A stretch of 18,501 bases of DNA, from NCBI GenBank assembly GCA_049517335.1, contig JBEKSD010000021.1:1-18501 (forward strand), written 5' to 3'. Source of the stretch: Candidatus Omnitrophota bacterium. GTDB lineage: Bacteria; Omnitrophota; Gorgyraeia; Gygaellales; Profunditerraquicolaceae. Both the position numbers and the translations under genes were made by a program. Each line of letters opens with the position of its first letter. Position 1 is the stretch's first letter. The notes under the pieces are model-generated. The model searched no databases, was not told where the DNA came from, and saw nothing but the letters and a program-made list of their open reading frames with translations. Below are positions 6,519 through 14,536 of this stretch, piece after piece.

Positions 6519-8702
6519 ATGTATAACTTTATATTTTTGTATTATGGTCTTTTGGCGATACTGACGCAACTCGTGGTTTTTAGAGAGCTGCTGATCCTGT
6601 TTTATGGCAGCGAACTCTTCCTTGGAACATTTTTATCTTCTTGGCTATTTTGGGTTGGCTTGGGGAGCCTGTTAGTACAGCGTTTATTAAAAAAAGAGTG
6701 GCCTGTTGAGGCGTATTTTTCTTATGGCTTTTTAGTAATCTCGTTATTGTTTCCCGCTATGATCTTGTTAATAAGGGCGAGTAAAAGCGTATTTGCTTTT
6801 GGAGAGTTCATAGGGCCTATCGGAACGGTCTTATACACGTTTAGCGTAATGAGTGTTCTTTGTTTTGTTATAGGCGGACAGTTTAGTTTAGCCTGTGCCG
6901 TAGCGTCTAATAAGATAAAAAGAGAAGCTGTTTTAGGCCGGGTTTATATGTGTGAGGCGCTAGGCGCGGTAATAGGAGGAGTGATATTTACTTACATGCT
7001 GATTGGCTTTGTACCGACATTTATTATTGCCCTAGCGCTATCTTTAGGATGTATTTTTGTAAGCTTCGGCACATTAATTAAAAAGATATCCTTAAGAAGC
7101 ATATTATTGATCGTAGCGGCCTTGGTAATATTATTTGTTAATTTTAGGGCCGAACCGGCGATAAACAGAATTGAATGGAAAAGATATCAATTCATTAAGC
7201 AGAAAGAAACGCGAAATACTACTTTATCTTTGGTAGCTATGGGAAGTATTAAAAATGTTTTTGTGGACGGAATGCTTTCAGCGAGTTTTCCTGAACCTGA
7301 AAGTTATGAGCCTGTAGCTCATTGGCCGCTACTTGCAAGTGCCGAACCAAACCAAATATTGATCATAGGAGATGCGTCCTTAGGTGTACTCAAAGAAGCC
7401 CTTAAACATGGCCCTAAACGAATAGATTATGTTGTGTTGGATAATTCATTTCTTAGTTTGGTAGGGTCTTATCTGGAGGCTGAAGATATTTCCGCTTTAA
7501 AGAATTTGGCTGTTCATAGCCATTATCTCGATTCGCGCACTTTTATCAGGAACAATAAGAATAAGTATGATGCTGTGATAATAAACATCCAAGAGGTTCC
7601 CAATCTTAAAACTAATAGATTTTATACCGAAGAATTCTATAGCCAGGTGAGACGAATATTAAAACCGAATGGGATATTGGGGTTAAGTGTTGTTTCATCC
7701 GAAAATTACTTATCTATGCAGACTAGGATCTTTAATGCGTCGGTGTACGATACATTAAAGTCTGTATTCAATACTGTAGAGGCAATCCCCGGAGATAGCC
7801 TTATGTTTCTCGCCAGCCCCTCGGCGATAGATATGCAAAAAGAAACGCTCCTGGAACGGTTCAATAAAAGGAACATCTCTAATCATTACGTTATTCCTTC
7901 TTACATTGAATATAAGCTTAAAGCCGAGCGCCGTACCGAACTAAAAAAGCTACTGGAAGGAACGGCTGGCGCAGAGATTAATAGGGATTTCAGGCCGACG
8001 ACTTGCTATTATTTTGCCAACTTCTGGCTGAATAAATTCACCTCCCCCTTAGGGTACCTTGTGGTGACTATCCTTTTTATTGCTGTCGCACTCGGCATCT
8101 TTAAAAAAAGGAGATCACTACTATTTTCCAGCGAGAGAAGAGAATTTATTCTTATATTTGTCCTTGGATTCATCAGCATATTACTAGAGTTGATACTTTT
8201 ATTGGGATATCAGATAATTTCAGGGTATGTTTATTGGCAGATGGGTGTCCTTTTTGCTTCATTCATGTCCGGATTATTCTTAGGTTCACTTTTAGGTAAT
8301 AGATCTAAAAACAATTCCCGGAAAAGACATTCTATTTCCCTGGTGATATTATCTTTAATTATCATAGAGCTATCTGTATGTACGGCTTATCTTTTACCGC
8401 ATTTGATTTATCTATCTACTCTTCAGAACATAACTATCTTTATTGCGTTTTTAGTCCTTATCGGGGCTATTGTCGGAGCCGCCTTTGTCATTACCGGTTT
8501 TCTTATTCGTGCAGATAATGTAATGGTAAAGGCAGGCAGCCTTTATGCGGCTGATCTTTGGGGCGCCGCACTTGGCGCAATACTTTCCACGAATTTTATA
8601 GCGCCTCTTTTTGGTATTTTAGGAGCGTTAAATCTTTCAGCCGTTATCGGATCGGCAGGATTGGTTATATTCTTGATTTTATCCGGGAAAACTAATCTAT
8701 GA
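6519..8702 (+). CDS. Membrane-embedded spermidine-synthase-like protein (TM-Rossmann-TM fusion) with degenerate catalytic motifs
   Basis: N-terminal TM block (QLVVFRELLILFYGSEL, VYMCEALGAVIGG); central SAM-fold region (ILIIGDAS, LKHG, DSRTFI, YDAVIIN, NRFYTEEFY, ILKPNGIL); INRDFRP; C-terminal TM block (LYAADLWGAALGA). Confidence 0.85.
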   Translation: MYNFIFLYYGLLAILTQLVVFRELLILFYGSELFLGTFLSSWLFWVGLGSLLVQRLLKKEWPVEAYFSYGFLVISLLFPAMILLIRASKSVFAFGEFIGPIGTVLYTFSVMSVLCFVIGGQFSLACAVASNKIKREAVLGRVYMCEALGAVIGGVIFTYMLIGFVPTFIIALALSLGCIFVSFGTLIKKISLRSILLIVAALVILFVNFRAEPAINRIEWKRYQFIKQKETRNTTLSLVAMGSIKNVFVDGMLSASFPEPESYEPVAHWPLLASAEPNQILIIGDASLGVLKEALKHGPKRIDYVVLDNSFLSLVGSYLEAEDISALKNLAVHSHYLDSRTFIRNNKNKYDAVIINIQEVPNLKTNRFYTEEFYSQVRRILKPNGILGLSVVSSENYLSMQTRIFNASVYDTLKSVFNTVEAIPGDSLMFLASPSAIDMQKETLLERFNKRNISNHYVIPSYIEYKLKAERRTELKKLLEGTAGAEINRDFRPTTCYYFANFWLNKFTSPLGYLVVTILFIAVALGIFKKRRSLLFSSERREFILIFVLGFISILLELILLLGYQIISGYVYWQMGVLFASFMSGLFLGSLLGNRSKNNSRKRHSISLVILSLIIIELSVCTAYLLPHLIYLSTLQNITIFIAFLVLIGAIVGAAFVITGFLIRADNVMVKAGSLYAADLWGAALGAILSTNFIAPLFGILGALNLSAVIGSAGLVIFLILSGKTNL

Positions 8703-9844
8703 TGGAAAAGGCAAGATTGTATCTCTTTATATTTTTAAACATTATTCTTTCCATAATCATTGTTTCTGTTATTGCGGTATATCCTCCTCCGCAGACAGTA
8801 AGCAGCATTATTCCTATTGACGGGATAAGGATTAGGCAGGCGGATTGGTGGAGGCAGGACTGTTTAGGCGTGCAGTGTGGATTATGCCCGTTTCGCTGTT
8901 TTCTTCCGGAAGGTAGCCGCGGTAGATGCCGGGTGAGGATGAACGTCGGAGGAAAACTTAGAACACTTGTTTACGGCCAGCCGGTGAGCGTACATATCGA
9001 CCCTATTGAAAAAAAGCCTGTCTATCATATGCTTCCCGGCAGTAGTATCTTTTCTATCGCTACTGTAGGATGCAATTTAAGATGTAGTTTTTGTCAGAAC
9101 TGGGAGATCTCACAGTGTAATCCCGAAGAAGCAAAGACTGCTGGCCAGATTTTAACTCCCGAGCAAGTGGTGGATGCGGCAATAGCAAATAATTGCAATT
9201 CTATTGCCTATACATATTCAGAACCAGTAGTATTTTATGAATATGTGTTGGATATTGCAAAGCTTGCCAAGCAAAAAGGCTTGAGGAATGTTCTGGTAAG
9301 TGCGGGTTATATAAACCGTAAGCCATTAAGAAAGCTTGTTCCTTATTTTGACGTCATCAAAATCGACCTTAAAGGTTTTAATGAACAATTTTACAAAAAA
9401 GTAGTAGGTGGTGATTTAAAAGAAGTCTTAGCCACTTTAAAAGAATTGCATAACCTTGGAGTTTTGACCGAGGTGGTCAACCTTGTCGTGCCGAGTTTAA
9501 ATGATGATATGCAAGATATAACCAGGATGTGTAAATGGATATATGATAATATGGGCCCGGACACGCCGCTTTTCTTCTCAAGATTTACTCCCCAGTACAG
9601 GTTAGGCAATCTGCCCGCTACTCCGATAGAGACATTAGAGAAGGCAAGAAAGATAGCAATGGACGTAGGGTTAAGATACGTATATATTGGTAATGTGCCG
9701 GGTCATCCGGCTGAAAACACCTATTGCCCGGGTTGTGGCAGGATGCTGATACACAGGTACGGTTATACGATACTGGAAAATAATATAAAAAATGGTAGGT
9801 GCATTTTTTGTGGTAAAAAAATACCTGGCATATGGGAGAATTGA
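8699..9844 (+). CDS. amrS: AmmeMemoRadiSam system radical SAM enzyme with an N-terminal membrane anchor
   Basis: CGLCPFRC...CRVR, HIDPIEKKPVYH, GCNLRCSFCQNWEISQ (CxxxCxxC), IAYTYSEP, IDLKGF, FSRFTPQY, YVYIGNVPG, TYCPGCG...CIFCG. ATGA overlap with the upstream gene. Confidence 0.95.
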   Translation: MMEKARLYLFIFLNIILSIIIVSVIAVYPPPQTVSSIIPIDGIRIRQADWWRQDCLGVQCGLCPFRCFLPEGSRGRCRVRMNVGGKLRTLVYGQPVSVHIDPIEKKPVYHMLPGSSIFSIATVGCNLRCSFCQNWEISQCNPEEAKTAGQILTPEQVVDAAIANNCNSIAYTYSEPVVFYEYVLDIAKLAKQKGLRNVLVSAGYINRKPLRKLVPYFDVIKIDLKGFNEQFYKKVVGGDLKEVLATLKELHNLGVLTEVVNLVVPSLNDDMQDITRMCKWIYDNMGPDTPLFFSRFTPQYRLGNLPATPIETLEKARKIAMDVGLRYVYIGNVPGHPAENTYCPGCGRMLIHRYGYTILENNIKNGRCIFCGKKIPGIWEN

Positions 9845-9858
9845 GGTATAATTATTCT

Positions 9859-11316
9859 ATGAAGAAAACAGTGCAAATAATTGTTTATTTGATATTTTGT
9901 TTAGGCATAGCGGTAAGCCCTTCTTTTGCAGAGGATGTAAAATTACCTAGTGCCGCTGGAAGTTTTTATCCGGATAATGCCCAGGAGTTATCAGATAAGA
10001 TTGATTCGTTAATCGCTAAGGCTAACCCTGAACAGATGCCGGGGGAAATTTTTGCTTTGATTTCGCCCCATGCCGGTTATGATTTCTCAGGTGGTGTAGC
10101 TGCATATGGATATAAACTCATCAAGGGCAAGAGTTATAAGACAGTTGTAGTTATCGGTCCCAGCCACTTTTTTGGTTTTTATGGCATATCGGTATATCCC
10201 AAGGGCGTATTTTATACTCCTTTAGGCGCCGTTGGGATTGATGAAGAATTTACTGCCCAGTTAATTGGAAAAGATAAAGATGTATTCTTTGAACCGCAGG
10301 CCTTTACCAAGGAGCATTCGCTAGAAGTAGAAATTCCTTTCCTTCAAAAAATACTTAAAGAGAATAGCTGGAAGCTGGTGCCGGTTATTATGGGAGATTG
10401 CAGTTTAGTGGAATGCAAGAGGTTTGCTGAACTGCTTAAGGATACCATAGGTTCGCGTAAAGATGTGTTAACAGTAGCTTCATCGGATATGTATCATGGT
10501 TATGATTATGATGAAGCGGAGGCTGTCGATAACCTTACCTTATCTTATTTAAAGAATATGGATGCCGAAGGTTTGTATAAGGGCTTAAGAGAAGGTAAAC
10601 TGCAGCTTTGTGGCGGGTTACCAGTAACTACTACATTACTCTTAGCAAAAGAAATGGGCCACAACACCATAAAACTTTTAGCTCATACAAATTCCGCTAA
10701 AGTTACCAAGAATAAAATCAAGGGTATCTGGACCGTAGGCTATTGTAGTATGGCTATTGATAACCCAGAGTTAAATAAGGAACAGCGAAAGAAATTGCTG
10801 CAGATTGCAAGGAGTTCGATTGAGCATTATCTATTACGTGGAGAGAAAATAAAACTAGAAGAAAAGAATCCATCCTTGTTGGTTCAGAGTGGCGCTTTTG
10901 TGACATTAAATAAGCATGGACAACTGCGTGGTTGCATAGGCAGCCTTAAAGGAAATCAGCCGCTTTATTTGACTATAAGAGATATGGCAATTGAGGCGGC
11001 AGTGAATGATTGGCGTTTTTCAAAAGTCGAATTATCGGAACTGAAGGATATAGAGATAGAAATTTCAGTACTTTCGCCACTAAAGAGAATTTCTTCTCCT
11101 GATCAGATAATGTTGGGGGTCCATGGAGTATTGATAAAATCTGGATTTAATACGGGAGTTTTTCTACCGCAGGTTGCAACAGAGACAGGGTGGTCAAAGG
11201 AGAGATTTCTTTCTGAATTGTGTAGCCAGAAGGCCGGCTTATCTTCCGATGCATGGAAAAATCCTTCCACAGAGCTGTATATATTTACTGCTGAGGTTTT
11301 TTCGGAAGCGAATTAA
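9859..11316 (+). CDS. amrB: Fused AmmeMemoRadiSam protein B (MEMO1-like) and protein A (AMMECR1-like) with a signal peptide
   Basis: MEMO motifs AGSFYP, ISPHAGY, GPSH, EHSLEVEIPFLQ, SSDMYH, LCG, VGY; AMMECR1 motifs GAFVTL, LRGCIG, EISVLSP, FLPQVA, KAGL. Start placed at ATG 9859 (MKKTVQ...PSFA-E signal peptide); the ORF track starts at 9832. Confidence 0.93.
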   Translation: MKKTVQIIVYLIFCLGIAVSPSFAEDVKLPSAAGSFYPDNAQELSDKIDSLIAKANPEQMPGEIFALISPHAGYDFSGGVAAYGYKLIKGKSYKTVVVIGPSHFFGFYGISVYPKGVFYTPLGAVGIDEEFTAQLIGKDKDVFFEPQAFTKEHSLEVEIPFLQKILKENSWKLVPVIMGDCSLVECKRFAELLKDTIGSRKDVLTVASSDMYHGYDYDEAEAVDNLTLSYLKNMDAEGLYKGLREGKLQLCGGLPVTTTLLLAKEMGHNTIKLLAHTNSAKVTKNKIKGIWTVGYCSMAIDNPELNKEQRKKLLQIARSSIEHYLLRGEKIKLEEKNPSLLVQSGAFVTLNKHGQLRGCIGSLKGNQPLYLTIRDMAIEAAVNDWRFSKVELSELKDIEIEISVLSPLKRISSPDQIMLGVHGVLIKSGFNTGVFLPQVATETGWSKERFLSELCSQKAGLSSDAWKNPSTELYIFTAEVFSEAN

Positions 11317-11395
11317 AGAAAGATAGATATCGGTCTCTCTCGATTTAGCGAATAGTGCGCAGTTTTAAGCAAAAAAATGACCGGACAAAACGAAC

Positions 11396-11455
11396 AATCC
11401 TGCTTAGTAATTGCTACAAAATTCTCTTTGATAATTTTGTAGCACTCGCAGGATT
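11396..11455. repeat. Long inverted repeat / hairpin downstream of the amr operon
   Basis: Perfect 12-bp TGCTACAAAATT-9 nt-AATTTTGTAGCA (11412-11444) nested inside an 8-bp AATCCTGC/GCAGGATT stem. Confidence 0.6.
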
Positions 11456-11638
11456 TTGCTAGTTAAAAGCTTAATATCCTTCTCGTATGGGTCGAAGGTA
11501 AACCTCTTTCTATTTATAGGGGTGTATTATAAGGTGAATATGGTAGTTATCAGGAAAATTCGGCTTTTAGATAGGTCATTTCCTCGCGTAATTTGAGCAC
11601 ACTAGTAATATCATTCTCCTCGAGTATTGGGAGAGTTT

Positions 11639-11676
11639 AAAGGCTATTGATCAGATACGGTTAATAGCCTTTTTTT
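11639..11676 (+). terminator. Rho-independent terminator
   Basis: AAAGGCTATTGA...TTAATAGCC followed by T7. Confidence 0.7.
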
Positions 11677-11759
11677 CTACCTATTTACAGAGAGTATTTT
11701 TTATAGGTGTCCTAAATAAGAATATTTGTAACCAGCTATTGAAGCTTAATAAAATTATG

Positions 11760-11787
11760 TTGTTAAGCATTCAGTTAGTGGTATAAT
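11760..11787 (+). promoter_or_regulatory. Sigma70 promoter with extended -10
   Basis: TTGTTA-16 nt-TATAAT with TG at the extended position, ahead of the AAGGAGGT RBS of the gene at 11816. Confidence 0.55.
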
Positions 11788-11815
11788 AAATAAATTTTGG
11801 AAAGGAGGTGAAAAT

Positions 11816-12175
11816 ATGAAAAAGACACTTCTCGTAGTACTTGCTTTTACCTTTGTCAGTTCCTTGTGTTTTGCCCAACAGCCAACAGCACCGGTTAGCC
11901 AAGCTGCTCCAAAATCAGTTGAAACTAAAAGTTTTGTAGGCAAGATAGATACTATTATTTTGGCTGATGCTGTAAAAGGCACGCACTCAGCAATTGCGGT
12001 TGTAGATGAAAAAGGACAAAAAATGAACTTTACGGTCAAAATCAGCACTGTCATCTCTGCGAAAGATGGGAAGAAGCTTACCTTTAGCGAGTTAAAGAAA
12101 GATAACAAAGTCATCGTAGAGTATATAACGACTGAAAAAGGCACTAATAGAGCGCAATCTATTAAATTAGTATAA
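11816..12175 (+). CDS. Small secreted protein, probably a beta-barrel (OB-like) fold; function unknown
   Basis: Strong RBS AAGGAGGT; Sec signal ending LCFA-Q; low-complexity linker followed by a beta-rich domain. Confidence 0.8.
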   Translation: MKKTLLVVLAFTFVSSLCFAQQPTAPVSQAAPKSVETKSFVGKIDTIILADAVKGTHSAIAVVDEKGQKMNFTVKISTVISAKDGKKLTFSELKKDNKVIVEYITTEKGTNRAQSIKLV

Positions 12176-12202
12176 TAATAGATAAGTTGTTATAACGGAT
12201 TA

Positions 12203-12240
12203 CGGCAGGCAGATTTAATTTATGCCTGCCGCTTTCGTTT
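12203..12240 (+). terminator. Rho-independent terminator
   Basis: CGGCAGGCA-11 nt-TGCCTGCCG followed by CTTTCGTTT. Confidence 0.7.
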
Positions 12241-12264
12241 ATAATCGATAAGTTATTAGAAATT

Positions 12265-13191
12265 ATGAAAAAGAAAATGCAAGTTTTAATAATTCTATTT
12301 ATTGTCATCGGTATAGGTTTATTTTTCTTATATAAAAATTATGAAAATCGTGGTCGGACAACCAAAAGTGGTCAGGTATTATTAGAAAATAAGAGGCAGG
12401 CATGGCTAAAGTTGAGGGATACCCTGGAAAATAAAATCAGACATTTTAAAGGAACAGTTAGTCTTGTGATTACAGATTTAGATAACAATTGGGAGATCGC
12501 CTTTAATAAGGATACCCTGATTCCTTCCGCAAGTTTAGTAAAAATCCCCATTATGCTTTCTTATTTTTATGCTACACAGGAAGGCAAGGTAAGTTTAAGA
12601 GACACTATAAAGCTTAAAACTTGTGAGAAAGTAGCTGGGTCAAGAGTATTGGGAAAGGAACCGTCAGGTTCCCTGTTTACCATAGAAGAACTATTTGAAC
12701 CTATGATTACTCAAAGCGATAATGCTGCCGCCAATATACTTATAGATTTCTTAGGATTCGATACGCTAAATATCTATTTTAAAAAAATGGGTTTAAAAAA
12801 TACTAATATTGCCCGTAAGATGATGGATTTTAAAGAAAGAAGGGAAGGCGATGAAAACTATACTACAGCGCAAGATATGGCTTATTTGCTGGAAGAACTA
12901 TATCATAAGAACTTTTTAAATAAAGATATTTCTGAAAAGTGTCTGGAATTATTAGGACAACAGAAAATTAACGACCGCATTCCTAAAAAACTTCCTAAAA
13001 ATGGGACCTTTATTGCTCATAAGACAGGTCTAGAAAGACATATTTGTCATGATGTGGGAATAGTGTTTACCAATAAAGGAAATTTTTTAATTTGTGTTCT
13101 AGTAAAGCACGACAACAAACTTGCAAAACCCGCGAAAAAACTTATTTCGGATATCGCACTGCTCGTGTATAATTATTATCAAAGTCTCTAA
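12265..13191 (+). CDS. Class A beta-lactamase-related serine hydrolase (PBP-A-like), membrane anchored
   Basis: SxxK (ASLVK), SDN and HKTG motifs; N-terminal TM helix; the omega-loop region reads ARKMMD, with no evident Glu166 equivalent. Confidence 0.9.
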   Translation: MKKKMQVLIILFIVIGIGLFFLYKNYENRGRTTKSGQVLLENKRQAWLKLRDTLENKIRHFKGTVSLVITDLDNNWEIAFNKDTLIPSASLVKIPIMLSYFYATQEGKVSLRDTIKLKTCEKVAGSRVLGKEPSGSLFTIEELFEPMITQSDNAAANILIDFLGFDTLNIYFKKMGLKNTNIARKMMDFKERREGDENYTTAQDMAYLLEELYHKNFLNKDISEKCLELLGQQKINDRIPKKLPKNGTFIAHKTGLERHICHDVGIVFTNKGNFLICVLVKHDNKLAKPAKKLISDIALLVYNYYQSL

Positions 13192-13230
13192 AGACTATAA
13201 CTGAAACAGGCAGTTGGATCTTGAATCAGA

Positions 13231-13974
13231 ATGTTGCAGATGAGAACAATAGGAATAAAATATCGATTTTTTGCAATAGCGGTTTTTTGTATTGCTTTAA
13301 TTTTATCTGTAAATAAAGTCTATGCCAGTTTGGATAAAAAACACAATGAGGTAGGCCTTGTATATTGGCACGGCGATATAGACCAACCTAAAATTGCCCT
13401 CACTTTTGACGATGGACCCAATGAGCCTTATACAACGGAAATTCTTGATATATTAAAGAAATATAACGTGAAAGCAACCTTCTTTGTCTTAGGGAAAAAT
13501 GTCGAGCGTTATCCGGATACAGCTAGGAGAATTGTTAAAGAAGGCCATGTTATTGGCAACCATACGTACGACCACCCTTATTTATTACTGCAAAGTAAGT
13601 CGCATATTAAATATGAGATACGGAAAGCAGAGCAAGCAATTATGGTAGCTACAGGTATGAAGCCGCATCTATTTAGGTCGCCGTATGGCGTAGATAATTC
13701 TTGGATATATCATGCCGCTCGAGACTTCGGATATGTAACCATTGAATGGTCAGTAACCGGCAATAATGGAGGCAAAGAAATATCCCCTGATGAAATTACA
13801 AAGAAGATTTTAAGCGGAGTAAAAAACGGATCAATAATACTTCTTCATGATGGAGATCGACTTATCAAAGGAGCCAACCGCAGAAATATTGTAAAAGCTT
13901 TACCGTTTATTATCGAATCGTTACAACATAAGGGGTATCAGTTTCTTACGGTGTCAAAATTGTTAGGTCTTTAA
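13231..13974 (+). CDS. NodB/CE4 polysaccharide (peptidoglycan) deacetylase, exported
   Basis: TFDDGP, GNHTYDHP, FRSPYG and IILLHDG motifs; N-terminal signal ending VYA. Confidence 0.93.
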   Translation: MLQMRTIGIKYRFFAIAVFCIALILSVNKVYASLDKKHNEVGLVYWHGDIDQPKIALTFDDGPNEPYTTEILDILKKYNVKATFFVLGKNVERYPDTARRIVKEGHVIGNHTYDHPYLLLQSKSHIKYEIRKAEQAIMVATGMKPHLFRSPYGVDNSWIYHAARDFGYVTIEWSVTGNNGGKEISPDEITKKILSGVKNGSIILLHDGDRLIKGANRRNIVKALPFIIESLQHKGYQFLTVSKLLGL

Positions 13975-14023
13975 GACGAGGAAGGTCGGCTAAAATCAAT
14001 AAATTTGAAGTAAGGAGGTAAAT

Positions 14024-14431
14024 ATGAATAAACTAAAGGTGTTAGGTTTGGTAACCGTTACTATAATGTTCTGTTCGGTCATTGCTTTTGCCCAAGATTC
14101 TAGCGAGAAGAAGGAACTCACGATAGAGGAAAAAACGAATGAGAAACAAATAGAAAAAGAACGCATGGGTGGCATGGTGATGCAGATGATGGGGACGATA
14201 CAGAAACAGATAGTTGCTACCAATGACGGCGGGGTTATTGTTATGGCAGGTAATAAGCTTTTCAAATACGACAAAGACCTGAATTTCGTAAAAGAAGTTG
14301 AATTAAAAACAGCTGTTGAATTAAAAGTGGATGCTGGGTCTATGCAGGAAATGATAAAAAGCATGAAAGAAAAATACGGAAAGCATGGTAAAATGACACA
14401 AGGAGAAAGCCAAGAAACAGAAAAGAAATAA
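14024..14431 (+). CDS. Secreted hypothetical protein with a Met-rich segment
   Basis: RBS AAGGAGGT; signal peptide ending IAFA-Q; RMGGMVMQMMG then VATNDGGVIVMAGNKLFKYDKDL. Confidence 0.8.
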   Translation: MNKLKVLGLVTVTIMFCSVIAFAQDSSEKKELTIEEKTNEKQIEKERMGGMVMQMMGTIQKQIVATNDGGVIVMAGNKLFKYDKDLNFVKEVELKTAVELKVDAGSMQEMIKSMKEKYGKHGKMTQGESQETEKK

Positions 14432-14536
14432 ATATAATAATTACCAGTTAGAAGTGGTAAGATACGGTTAGAATAGCAGTAAAGTTCAAGGTAACTTTCT
14501 TAAAGTAAGGGGTTAATTTTTCGATAGGAGGAATCA

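Noticed and set aside
12181-12258. Direct repeat GATAAGTT(G/A)TTA flanking the terminator, as a target-site duplication
   Set aside because: Short, imperfect and AT-rich, with no other sign of a mobile element.
12265-13191. Bona fide beta-lactam resistance gene (bla)
   Set aside because: No evident Glu166 deacylation residue and no mobile context.
11653-14478. Shared 11-mer AGATACGGTTA at ~11653 and ~14460
   Set aside because: Matches of this length are expected by chance in 18.5 kb.
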